NCBI GenBank assembly: GCA_934462945.1
Contig: CAKSJF010000002.1
Location: forward strand, 3,743 to 67,742
Direction: 5' to 3'
Length of the DNA stretch: 64,000 nt
Origin: an uncultured Clostridia bacterium
GTDB taxonomy: Bacteria; Bacillota; Clostridia; UBA1381
Position numbers and translations under genes: made by a program. Position 1 is the stretch's first letter. Each line of letters opens with the position of its first letter. Of this stretch, positions 9,469-18,047 are shown piece by piece. The notes beneath the pieces were generated by a model that saw only the letters and a program-made list of their open reading frames with translations, was not told the DNA's origin and searched no databases.

Positions 9469-9490
9469 CAGCAGGAAAATGCTGCAACAG

Positions 9491-9528
9491 GGGATATGCT
9501 CCAAGAGTTTTGAGGCATGTCCCTTTTT
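9491..9528 (+). terminator. Rho-independent terminator after the S8 protease gene
   Basis: GGGATATGCTCCAA / TTGAGGCATGTCCC stem (one mismatch, two G-U pairs) followed by TTTTT. Confidence 0.6.
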
Positions 9529-9573
9529 CGGTGTAAAAAATAAAAACAGCCGTTGTTTTTTTGCTGAAAATTG

Positions 9574-9602
9574 TAGACAAAAGCAGAAATTTCATGTATA
9601 AT
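9574..9602 (+). promoter_or_regulatory. Promoter of the trehalase gene
   Basis: TAGACA, 17-nt spacer, TATAAT with an extended TG (catgTATAAT). Confidence 0.5.
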
Positions 9603-9700
9603 AACAGAGTAAGCAATAATTATGAATAAGTTTTGCAGTTACTTTCCGGTTTTATGGGGCGTCGGAGTGCGGTTTTGCAAAGGAAAGTGAGGAAAAATTT

Positions 9701-10918
9701 ATGAACAGGGTAGAAACCTATATTGCATCGCACTGGGACGAGTGCGTCCGGGAAATCCGGAAAGATCAGGGAGAAACAATCGGACTTCCGTATCCGTATG
9801 CCATTCCGGCTGTTGGTCATTTTGAGGAGCTGTTTTATTGGGACACCTATTTTTTAAATAAGGGGCTGGAGCTTTCCGGCAGACGTCTGCTTGCAAAATG
9901 CAACGTGGATAACATGCTGTATCTGGTCAACAAATACGGATATATGCAAAATGCCAATAAAACCTATTATCTTCGGAATCAGGTTTCCCAGCCGCCGTTT
10001 TTATCAGAAATGGTGCGGGATGTGTACAACTATTATCAGGATACGGTATGGCTTTTCGGAGCGTATCACATATTGGAGAAAGAATATCAGTTCTGGATGA
10101 CCGAACGTCTTTCTGCAAACGGTCTGAATTTTTACAGCGGAAAGCTTGCCGATCTGGAATCCACAAGCCAGATTGCAGCATCGTTCCGGGAAAGGGTCGG
10201 AAATGTGGACGGCTTAAGTGAGGAGGATGCCGCCCTGCACAGCATCTGCTGCTGGGAAAGCGGCTGGGATATGAGTCCGCGCTGGAATTTCCACGGTTCG
10301 GACTATAACACAGTGGATCAGAATTCGCTCATGTATCTGTTTGAAAAGAACATGGAATATTTTGCGTCGGAACTGGAAAACGGAGAGGAAAATGTCTGGT
10401 GTGAACGTGCTAAAACCAGAAAAAAACTGATGGAACGCTATTTGAGCGTTTCAGACGGCACATGGATGGATTATAACTATAAAACCGGTAAACACAGCGA
10501 GATTTTTTCCTGCGCATCGCTCTATCCGCTCTTTGCAAAATTGGCAGAGCCGGAATATGCACAGCGGATGGCAGAGAATCTGAACCGGCTGGAATGCCGT
10601 TACGGACTTTCTGCGTGTGAAAAAAATGACGCGCCGGGCGTTTACCAGTGGAACTATCCGAACGGATGGGCATGCCAGCAGTATCTGGCGGTGGTCGGTT
10701 TTCAAAACTACGGCATGACGGAAATTGCCCTGCGGCTTGCCCGGAAATATACAGAACTTGTAGAGAAATGCTTTGACGAAACGGAAAATCTATGGGAAAA
10801 ATATAATGTTGTTGAGGGAAATGTCAACATCTGTCAGGAGGGAACCGGAAAAATGCCTGCAATGATGGGATGGAGTGCAGGGGTGTATCTGGCGGTGAAG
10901 AAGTATCTGGAGCAATAG
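9701..10918 (+). CDS. Trehalase (glycoside hydrolase family 37), cytoplasmic
   Basis: 405 aa. Both GH37 signatures are present: GHFEELFYWDTYF (PGGRF.E.Y.WD.Y type) and QWNYPNGWACQQ (QWD.P.GWAP.Q type). No signal peptide. Confidence 0.9.
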   Translation: MNRVETYIASHWDECVREIRKDQGETIGLPYPYAIPAVGHFEELFYWDTYFLNKGLELSGRRLLAKCNVDNMLYLVNKYGYMQNANKTYYLRNQVSQPPFLSEMVRDVYNYYQDTVWLFGAYHILEKEYQFWMTERLSANGLNFYSGKLADLESTSQIAASFRERVGNVDGLSEEDAALHSICCWESGWDMSPRWNFHGSDYNTVDQNSLMYLFEKNMEYFASELENGEENVWCERAKTRKKLMERYLSVSDGTWMDYNYKTGKHSEIFSCASLYPLFAKLAEPEYAQRMAENLNRLECRYGLSACEKNDAPGVYQWNYPNGWACQQYLAVVGFQNYGMTEIALRLARKYTELVEKCFDETENLWEKYNVVEGNVNICQEGTGKMPAMMGWSAGVYLAVKKYLEQ

Positions 10919-11000
10919 AAAAAGTGCCATAAAATAAAGCGTTTTTTTGTCGGTTTTTATTTGATTTTGTCAGAAAGTGTTAAGAGAATGTAAATTTTTC

Positions 11001-11029
11001 TTGCAAAACGGGCGATTTTGTAATATGAT
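11001..11029 (+). promoter_or_regulatory. Possible promoter of xpt
   Basis: TTGCAA, 17-nt spacer, TATGAT. The leader to the ATG is only about 30 nt. Confidence 0.35.
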
Positions 11030-11058
11030 AGAAAGGTATTTACTGGGGAGGATCTGAG

Positions 11059-11634
11059 ATGGAGTTATTAAAAGAGAGAATCAAAAAGGACGGGATTGTC
11101 CGTCCGGGAAATGTGTTAAAAGTAGATAGCTTTTTGAATCACCAGATGGATATCTCTTTGTTTCAGGAAATGGGGAAAGAATTTAAGCGCCGGTTTGCAG
11201 ACTGCGAAATTAATAAAATTCTGACCATTGAATCGTCGGGTATCGGAATTGCCTGCATTGCCGCGCAAAGCTTCAATGTTCCGGTGGTGTTTGCGAAGAA
11301 AAGCAAAACAAAGAATATTGCCGGAGATGTCTACACCTGTCAGGTGAAATCGTTCACGCACGGAAAAGTTTATGATATTATTGTTTCAAAGGATTTTTTA
11401 AAGCCGGAGGATAAGGTGTTGGTAATTGACGACTTTCTGGCAAACGGCTGCGCCCTTTTAGGGCTTTCACAGCTGATTCATGATGCCGGTGCAGAGCTGG
11501 TCGGCGCAGGAATAGCAATCGAAAAGGGTTTCCAGCGCGGCGGCGATCTGCTGCGCGGCAAGGGAGTTCGGGTGGAGTCTCTTGCAATTATTGATCATAT
11601 GGACGAGGAAACGGGAATCACGTTCCGGGATTGA
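11059..11634 (+). CDS. xpt: Xanthine phosphoribosyltransferase
   Basis: 191 aa. Collinear with Bacillus Xpt as I recall it ([37 protein letters not shown]-binding motif). Confidence 0.9.
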   Translation: MELLKERIKKDGIVRPGNVLKVDSFLNHQMDISLFQEMGKEFKRRFADCEINKILTIESSGIGIACIAAQSFNVPVVFAKKSKTKNIAGDVYTCQVKSFTHGKVYDIIVSKDFLKPEDKVLVIDDFLANGCALLGLSQLIHDAGAELVGAGIAIEKGFQRGGDLLRGKGVRVESLAIIDHMDEETGITFRD

Positions 11635-11692
11635 TTTATCAGGCATATGCCTTTTAAATAATTAAAGATATTTTATAGGAGGAGAAAATCTT

Positions 11693-12832
11693 ATGAAGAA
11701 ATGGACAAAGCTGTTAGCAGCAATTTTGTCTGCGGCTCTTTTGAGCGCTGCGGCAGGTTGCGGAAAGACCGAGACAACCGGGGATGCAGGAGACACTTCT
11801 GCTGCGCCAAAGAGCGACATTAAAGTGGGTGTTATCCACATTGGTAATCCGGCAGACGGCTCCGGCTACACCTATGCGCACGATCTGGGCATTCAGGAAA
11901 TGCAGAAAGAATTAGGTCTGGAGGATTCACAGATTGTGCGGAAAAATAACGTGGCAGACACAGATCCGACTGCCATTGAAAATGCGCTCACCGAGTGTAT
12001 CGAAGAAGGTTGTAACCTGATTTTCGGAACAAGCTGGGGTTATATGGACACCATGGAAGCAATGGCAGAGAAATATCCGGATGTGATCTTCTCGCACGGC
12101 ACAGGCTATAAAAATAACGGCAAAAACATGAATAACTACTTCGGAAGAATTTATCAGGCAAGATACTTAAGCGGTATTGTGGCTGGTATGAAAACCGAGT
12201 CCAATAAGATCGGCTATGTTGCTGCTATGGGTAAGGACAATGCCGAGGTAACCGGCGGAATCGACGCATTTGCAATGGGTGTTGCATCTGTGAATGAGGA
12301 TGCACAGGTTTATGTGAAGGTAACAAACAGCTGGTTCGACCCGACAGAGGAAACCAACGCTGCAAAGGCACTCTTAGCTGAGGGCTGCGACGTACTGGCA
12401 CAGCACTGCGATACACCGAACCCGCAGCTGGAAGCAGAAGCAGCAGGAGTCTGGGGTGTTGGCTATAACTCCGACATGTCCAAGGACGCACCGAAAGCAA
12501 CTCTGACCTCCACCATCTGGCATTGGGGCGCATATTACACCGCTGCAACCAAGGCTGTTATGGACGGCACATGGAAGTGTGAAAACTACTATGGCGGCAT
12601 GAAAGAGGGCTTAGTGGATATTGCTCCGCTCAATAAGGACCTCTGCACAGACGAAATGCAGAAAGCTGTAGACGAAGCAAAGGATAAGATCTTAAACGGC
12701 GGCTTTAACGTATTCGACGGTGTGATCGAAACCAACGAGGGAACAACCGTTGGCGAGGAGGGTTCTACTCTGTCCGACGCTGAAATCACCGGAAAAATTA
12801 ACTGGTACTACAAGAATGTCGTTGAGAAATAA
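11693..12832 (+). CDS. BMP-family (PnrA/TmpC-like) nucleoside-binding lipoprotein of an ABC importer
   Basis: 379 aa. Lipobox LSAAAGC. Typical BMP-family length and motifs. Sits next to a double-ATPase and two permease genes. Confidence 0.85.
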   Translation: MKKWTKLLAAILSAALLSAAAGCGKTETTGDAGDTSAAPKSDIKVGVIHIGNPADGSGYTYAHDLGIQEMQKELGLEDSQIVRKNNVADTDPTAIENALTECIEEGCNLIFGTSWGYMDTMEAMAEKYPDVIFSHGTGYKNNGKNMNNYFGRIYQARYLSGIVAGMKTESNKIGYVAAMGKDNAEVTGGIDAFAMGVASVNEDAQVYVKVTNSWFDPTEETNAAKALLAEGCDVLAQHCDTPNPQLEAEAAGVWGVGYNSDMSKDAPKATLTSTIWHWGAYYTAATKAVMDGTWKCENYYGGMKEGLVDIAPLNKDLCTDEMQKAVDEAKDKILNGGFNVFDGVIETNEGTTVGEEGSTLSDAEITGKINWYYKNVVEK

Positions 12833-12850
12833 TTCTATTTTCTGAACATA

Positions 12851-12884
12851 AGAGCATGGTTTTTTGATCATGCTCTTTTTCTCT
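12851..12884 (+). terminator. Intra-operon attenuating terminator after the binding-protein gene
   Basis: AGAGCATG / CATGCTCT stem followed by TTTTCTCTC. Confidence 0.5.
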
Positions 12885-12940
12885 CAAAAGGTTGATAGGT
12901 TTCTCCCAAAAGCCTAAATTCAGAGTGAAGGAGTTTTTTG

Positions 12941-14449
12941 ATGTCAGAAACAGCAACTCCGGCAATTCTCTGCCGGGACATCACAAAAATTTTTGGCAGC
13001 GTCGTTGCAAATAATAAGATCAATTTAGAAGCGCATTACGGCGAAATTTTAGCGCTTCTGGGCGAGAACGGATCGGGAAAGACAACGCTGATGAATATGC
13101 TTTCCGGAATCTATCATCCGGATGGCGGCGAGATTGAGGTGAACGGACATCCCGCGGTGATCAATTCTCCCTCGGATTCCGCCGCATTAGGGATCGGAAT
13201 GATCCATCAGCATTTTAAGCTGGTGAATGTGTTTACGGCATATGAAAACGTGGTTGTCGGTATGAAAAAAGAAAAAAATCAGAAGCAGATGGTGCAGAAA
13301 ATCTGTGATGATTTTGGACTTTCGGTGGATCTGGATAAAAAAATCTATCATATGTCGGTCAGCGAAAAGCAGAATGTGGAGATTTTAAAGGTTTTATGCC
13401 GTGGTGCAAAAATCCTGATCTTAGATGAGCCGACCGCGGTTTTAACTCCGCAGGAAACGGAGGTATTGTTTCGTATTCTGCGGAAAATGCGGAAAAATGG
13501 CTGCGCGATTTTAATTATCACCCATAAGCTGAATGAGGTGATGGCGCTTTCGGACCGTGTTACCATTCTCCGAAAGGGAAAAAGCGTTGAAACGGTCAAT
13601 ACCGCTGAAACGAATGAAAAGCAGCTGACAGAATATATGGTCGGCAGACCGGTCACCCTTTCGATTGACCGTCCGCCGGTGGAAAATGCGCACGATCTTC
13701 TGCGTGTCTGCAATCTGACGGTACAAAAAGATGACGGAACAACCGCCTTAAATGATGTGGAGTTTACCATCCGTACCGGCGAGATTTTAGGAGTTGCAGG
13801 TGTTGCCGGGAGCGGTCAGAAAGAACTGTGCGAGTCAATTGCCGGACTTCTTCCGGTCAAAGAGGGCGCAATTCTATACAAGAAAGAAAATATTGTCGGA
13901 AAATCTCCGGCGGAAATTATTAACCTTGGAATCCAAATGAGCTTTGTTCCGGAGGATCGTCTGGGAATGGGGTTGGTTTCCTCAATGAGTATTGCAGATA
14001 ATATGATCCTCAAAAGCTACCAGAAAGGAAAAGGAATCTTTGTGGATAAAGCGCCGGCAAGAAAGCTTGCCGGGGAGCTGGTATCCCGTCTGGAAATCAA
14101 AACGCCGAGCGTGGATACACCGGTGCGGCTGTTATCCGGCGGAAATGTTCAGAAAGTGCTTTTAGGACGTGAGATTTCTGCAAAACCAAATCTTCTGATC
14201 ACAGCATACCCGGTGCGCGGACTGGACATCAATTCGTCCTACACCATTTACAATCTGCTCAATGAGCAGAAAAAAGCCGGTGTGGCAGTCCTGTATATCG
14301 GAGAGGATCTGGATGTTCTGTTAGAGCTTTCCGACCGAATTATGGTGCTGTGTCATGGTGAAATTGCAGGGATTGTGGATGCAGCGTCGGTTACCAAAGA
14401 GGAGCTGGGTCTGATGATGACCGGAGCAAACAGAAAGGAGGCGGAGTAG
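12941..14449 (+). CDS. ABC transporter ATP-binding protein with two ABC domains (nucleoside/sugar type)
   Basis: Walker A motifs GENGSGKTT and GVAGSGQKE; signature motifs MSVSEKQ and LSGGNVQK. Start moved to the ATG at 12941, 9 nt after GAAGGAG. Confidence 0.9.
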   Translation: MSETATPAILCRDITKIFGSVVANNKINLEAHYGEILALLGENGSGKTTLMNMLSGIYHPDGGEIEVNGHPAVINSPSDSAALGIGMIHQHFKLVNVFTAYENVVVGMKKEKNQKQMVQKICDDFGLSVDLDKKIYHMSVSEKQNVEILKVLCRGAKILILDEPTAVLTPQETEVLFRILRKMRKNGCAILIITHKLNEVMALSDRVTILRKGKSVETVNTAETNEKQLTEYMVGRPVTLSIDRPPVENAHDLLRVCNLTVQKDDGTTALNDVEFTIRTGEILGVAGVAGSGQKELCESIAGLLPVKEGAILYKKENIVGKSPAEIINLGIQMSFVPEDRLGMGLVSSMSIADNMILKSYQKGKGIFVDKAPARKLAGELVSRLEIKTPSVDTPVRLLSGGNVQKVLLGREISAKPNLLITAYPVRGLDINSSYTIYNLLNEQKKAGVAVLYIGEDLDVLLELSDRIMVLCHGEIAGIVDAASVTKEELGLMMTGANRKEAE

Positions 14450-14450
14450 A

Positions 14451-15521
14451 ATGGCAAAAAAGGACGCGGTCATCCGTGTAACAAAAAGAAGTGAGCTGAC
14501 AAACCGGCAGATTATGCTTCTGCGGCTGTTTTCGGTAGTTTTAGCGCTTGCAGCCGGGGGAATCTTTATTCTGATCATCGGACATAACCCGTTTGCAGCA
14601 TATGCCACCATGGTAAAGGGTGTATTCCGGAGTGCGCTCGCATTTCAGGGTACGATTAAAATTATGATTCCGCTTTTGATTTCTGCTTTGGGAATCACGC
14701 TTGCATTTAAAATGCAGTTCTGGAATATCGGCGCGGAGGGGCAAATCATTTTTGGAGCGATCTGTTCTTCCTACTTTGCGCTTTTCCATTCCAATCTGCC
14801 GCATGCGCTTTTAATGGTTCTGATGTTTGCAGCAGGTATTATCGGCGGCGGACTGTGGGGCTTGATTCCGGCATACTTTAAAGCGCGTTTTAACACAAAT
14901 GAAACGCTCTTTACGCTGATGCTCAATTATATTGCTCTGCATATGATCACACTTCTGCGAGACGGTCCGTGGGCAGATCCGGAATCGGGCGGATTTCCGA
15001 AAATTGCAAGATTTACACAAAACGCACAGCTGGATGAGGTGCTTGGGATTCAATCCGGTTGGATTATTGCACTGCTCTTGGTTGCGTTTGTGTTTGTCTA
15101 TCTGCGTTATACGAAAAACGGATATGAGATCAGCGTGGTGGGAGTCAGCCATGCAACGGCAAATTATGCCGGAATGAATGTTAAGAAAATCATGCTCCGG
15201 ACGATGTTTTTAAGCGGCGCGATCTGCGGTGTTGCCGGGGTGGTTCAGTCAGCAGGATCGGATATGACGCTTGCAACCTCCGTTGCCGGCGGTGTCGGAT
15301 TTACTGCCATCATTGTTGCCTGGCTTGCGCAGTTGAATGCGTTCGGGATTCTGATTGTATCTTTTCTGTTTGCTGTGCTGGAAAAGGGATCGGGTGTGAT
15401 GCAGTCTACCTACGGAATTTCCAGCTATTCAGCGGATGTTTTGCAGGGAATTATTTTATTCTTTGTATTGGGATGCGAATTTTTTGTACGTTATCGGTTA
15501 GTGTTCAGAGGGAGGAAATAA
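14451..15521 (+). CDS. ABC transporter permease (BMP-type nucleoside importer)
   Basis: 356 aa, polytopic membrane protein, tightly coupled to the ATPase gene. Confidence 0.85.
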   Translation: MAKKDAVIRVTKRSELTNRQIMLLRLFSVVLALAAGGIFILIIGHNPFAAYATMVKGVFRSALAFQGTIKIMIPLLISALGITLAFKMQFWNIGAEGQIIFGAICSSYFALFHSNLPHALLMVLMFAAGIIGGGLWGLIPAYFKARFNTNETLFTLMLNYIALHMITLLRDGPWADPESGGFPKIARFTQNAQLDEVLGIQSGWIIALLLVAFVFVYLRYTKNGYEISVVGVSHATANYAGMNVKKIMLRTMFLSGAICGVAGVVQSAGSDMTLATSVAGGVGFTAIIVAWLAQLNAFGILIVSFLFAVLEKGSGVMQSTYGISSYSADVLQGIILFFVLGCEFFVRYRLVFRGRK

Positions 15522-15522
15522 T

Positions 15523-16473
15523 ATGCTGTTAAAATTTATTGTGGCGGCTGTGCTTGCCGGAACGCCTCTCCTCTATGGCATTTTAGGCGAAATTGTGAAT
15601 GAAAAAAGCGGACATCTGAACTTAGGTGTTGAGGGCATGATGGCGCTTGGAGCATGTGCCGGATTTATGATCGGCTATCTTTCGGATAATCTGTTTTTTG
15701 CGGTTTTAGCTGCATTTGCAGCCGGCGCGCTGGGCGCTTTGGTCTATGCTGTGCTGACTGTAACTTTTATGGCGAATCAGAATGTAACCGGTCTGACGCT
15801 GACCATTTTCGGTTTGGGACTTTCCAATTTTATTGGAGAATGCATGCTTGCAAAAGCACCGAACGGATCGTTAAAACTTCCGGACGGCGTGCTTGCACAG
15901 CTGAAAAATATCAGCATCGGCGGTCTTAGTGATCTCCCGGTGGTCGGTCCGATTTTGTTTTCGTATAATCCGCTGGTCTATCTCGGAATCCTGCTGGCGG
16001 TTGTATTGGCGGTCTATCTGAATCATACCCGGCTCGGACTCTCTGTCCGTGCGATTGGGGAAAACCCGGCAGCAGCAGATGTTGCCGGAGTGCATGTGAC
16101 GAAATTAAAATATTGGAATCTGCTCCTGGGCGGAGGCTGCTGCGGTATCGGCGGCGCATACTGCTCTATGATCACCTGCGGCGGTGTCTGGATGGCAAAC
16201 AGCGTGAACGGTCTTGGATGGATTGCGGTTGCGTTGGTTATTTTCTCGGCATGGAGTCCGGCAAAGGCGATTCTCGGAGCGTTTGTATTCGGTGGTTTCA
16301 GCGTGCTGAAATATTATGTCCCAAAGGATATTATCACAATTCCGAATGCGATTTTCGATATGCTCCCCTTTATCCTGACGGCTCTGATTCTGATCATCAC
16401 ATCCATCCGGCAGTCCAGGGAAAATACACAACCTGCGGCATGCGGACTGAATTATTATAGAGAAGAACGATAA
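15523..16473 (+). CDS. ABC transporter permease (second subunit)
   Basis: 316 aa, polytopic, with a 1-nt gap from the preceding permease gene. Confidence 0.85.
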   Translation: MLLKFIVAAVLAGTPLLYGILGEIVNEKSGHLNLGVEGMMALGACAGFMIGYLSDNLFFAVLAAFAAGALGALVYAVLTVTFMANQNVTGLTLTIFGLGLSNFIGECMLAKAPNGSLKLPDGVLAQLKNISIGGLSDLPVVGPILFSYNPLVYLGILLAVVLAVYLNHTRLGLSVRAIGENPAAADVAGVHVTKLKYWNLLLGGGCCGIGGAYCSMITCGGVWMANSVNGLGWIAVALVIFSAWSPAKAILGAFVFGGFSVLKYYVPKDIITIPNAIFDMLPFILTALILIITSIRQSRENTQPAACGLNYYREER

Positions 16474-16482
16474 CATAAAAAT

Positions 16483-16525
16483 TCGCCGTAAGCGCCTGTA
16501 AACCCAGACGCTGCGGCGATTTTTT
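16483..16525 (+). terminator. Terminator of the ABC importer operon
   Basis: TCGCCGTA ... TGCGGCGA stem followed by TTTTTT. Confidence 0.5.
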
Positions 16526-16925
16526 GCAAAAAAAGGAGCAAAGTGAACTTTGTTTGTACCAAAGAGAGAAAGCTGACTTCTAATTTTTTTTGCGCCGCAG
16601 GCGCACTCGCACTCGCAAAAAGGTGGTAGCGACAGCGAAGCGTCGAGAGCGCGTTTACAAGCGAACAGCAGAGCGGAGCGTGCCTTTTTGCGAAAAAGGA
16701 GGAGCAAGGAAGCGGGCGGATGTTTTTCTGCAAAGAAAAACGGAGCAAAGCGAACTTTGTACCAAAGAGTGAAAGCTGACTTCTGAATTTTTTGCGCCGT
16801 AGGCGCACTCGCAAAAGGTTGGTAATGAGCTAAAGGCGTCATGAGCGCGCTTGCAAGCGAGTAGCCGACGCGAATGTGACCTTTTGCGAAACAAGGAGGA
16901 ACCAGTGCAGCGGGTGACTGATTTT
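16520..16925. repeat. Tandem direct repeat, two ~205-bp units plus a partial third end-fragment upstream
   Basis: GGAGCAAAGTGAACTTTGT..ACCAAAGAGAGAAAGCTGACTTCTAATTTTTTTTGCGCCGCAGGCGCACTCGC at 16534 recurs as GGAGCAAAGCGAACTTTGTACCAAAGAGTGAAAGCTGACTTCTGAATTTTTTGCGCCGTAGGCGCACTCGC at 16742 (period 208). Each unit ends with GCGG..GA..TTTTT, like the operon terminator. Confidence 0.85.
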
Positions 16926-16930
16926 TTATG

Positions 16931-16965
16931 CAATAAAAAATCGGAACAAGCGTAACTTGTTCCGA
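16931..16965 (-). terminator. Terminator of the tRNA-Met gene
   Basis: TCGGAACAAG / CTTGTTCCGA 10-bp stem, followed on the minus strand by TTTTTTATTG. Confidence 0.75.
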
Positions 16966-16967
16966 CG

Positions 16968-17044
16968 TGGTAGCGGTAATTGGATTTGAACCAATGACAC
17001 TACGGGTATGAACCGTATGCTCTAGCCAACTGAGCTATACCGCC
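16968..17044 (-). tRNA. tRNA-Met: tRNA-Met (anticodon CAT), elongator type
   Basis: The reverse complement folds by hand as GGCGGTA-TA-GCTC-AGTTGGCTA-GAGC-A-TACGG-TTCATAC-CCGTA-GTGTC-ATTGG-TTCAAAT-CCAAT-TACCGCT-A-CCA (77 nt). The anticodon stem lacks the three G-C pairs of initiators. Confidence 0.9.
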
Positions 17045-17122
17045 AAATCATGACAAAATCTATTATAAACGATTTTATCAGATTTGTCAAGTGTTTTTTT
17101 ACAAAATATCAAAAAAATTTTT

Positions 17123-17851
17123 TTAATGTCCGTGCGGAACAACGTGAATTTTATCCTTTTGACTGATCAGATCGGCATGCAGCAGGTCAATCAAAACAAT
17201 CAAAAGCAGGATTTCTGCGCCCCAGATGGACTTACCGCTAAAATGTATTCCAAGAATGGTGGAGCCGATTCCTCCGGCAACAAAGCAGATCAGCATGAGA
17301 AAATGCATCCGCAGCTTGTCCCGTGCCTCTGTGCTGCCTTTGTGAATCCATTTTACCAGATTAATTCCCAGCTGGCGGACGTGATTGGTGCAGAAGGTTG
17401 TCGCCATCGGCACTTTTCTTGCCTGCCGGAAGGTGTTATATTGCATGGATGCAATAAAGTTAATGGAAATCTGACAGATCTGCGGCGGTGCGCTGTCCGG
17501 AATGAATCCCAAAACAAGAATCACAAGCATCTCAAAAGCAACAAAAAATGTGTCCCACCGGATAATTTCAAACTGATTAATACGTTTCGGTAAAAATTCA
17601 GAAAGAATGGTTCCCAAAAGGTATGCGGAGATCGGAATAAAATAATAAAATGCGCGACCCCAGTTTCCCTCACCCATCTGAATTGCGAGCATCACAAAGT
17701 TTGCAGTCTGAGCGTTGCAGAAAACGCCGCCGCGCTGTGTGTAGGTGTATGCACCAAAAAATCCGCCGACTGCAATCATCAGAAGAAAGGTACTCAGCTT
17801 TTCGCATTCTAAAAGCTCATCTTCTATTTCTGCCATAATCTTATGCTTCAT
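17123..17851 (-). CDS. YoaK/DUF1275-family membrane protein
   Basis: 242 aa, multi-pass. The N-terminal region LLMIAVGGFFGAYTYTQRGGVFCNAQTANFV is typical of DUF1275. Confidence 0.7.
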   Translation of the reverse strand: MKHKIMAEIEDELLECEKLSTFLLMIAVGGFFGAYTYTQRGGVFCNAQTANFVMLAIQMGEGNWGRAFYYFIPISAYLLGTILSEFLPKRINQFEIIRWDTFFVAFEMLVILVLGFIPDSAPPQICQISINFIASMQYNTFRQARKVPMATTFCTNHVRQLGINLVKWIHKGSTEARDKLRMHFLMLICFVAGGIGSTILGIHFSGKSIWGAEILLLIVLIDLLHADLISQKDKIHVVPHGH

Positions 17852-17950
17852 GCATCATCCCTGCCTTACATGTGTTTTTGCATGATAATATTATACCATA
17901 CCGTTGTTTTTGTGTCAATGTCGAAATCGTGTAAAAAAGTCGATTATTCA

Positions 17951-17979
17951 TTGACATAATTGCAAAAATATGCTACAAT
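17951..17979 (+). promoter_or_regulatory. Promoter of the nucleotidyltransferase-fnlABC operon
   Basis: TTGACA, 17-nt spacer, TACAAT. Confidence 0.55.
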
Positions 17980-18047
17980 AAAATTAGTCAGGACGATTTC
18001 CGGAACGGATTTGATCGGGAACGTCATGCAAAGTGAGGGGGGTATGT

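Noticed and set aside
10919-11058. Purine (guanine/xpt-type) riboswitch expected upstream of xpt
   Set aside because: The leader after the likely promoter is only about 30 nt. I could not find the conserved three-way-junction core of the purine riboswitch (UAUA...UGG...CCGUAAA-type segments), so none is called.
16520-16925. Possible CRISPR array
   Set aside because: The repeat unit is about 205 bp with no short conserved repeats separated by unique spacers, and no cas genes are in the window.
16105-16933. ORFs of 245, 119, 92 and 60 aa spanning the permease 3' end and the tandem repeat
   Set aside because: Their translations are Arg/Cys/Phe/Lys-rich and the repeats are not codon-phased. They overlap a real permease gene or two terminators. 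I treat the region as non-coding repeat DNA.
16968-17044. tRNA with anticodon CAT as initiator tRNA-fMet or lysidine-modified tRNA-Ile2
   Set aside because: The anticodon stem (TACGG/CCGTA) lacks the three consecutive G-C pairs of initiators. The body closely resembles the Bacillus elongator tRNA-Met as I recall it. Ile2 cannot be fully excluded without a classifier such as tRNAscan-SE or TFAM.
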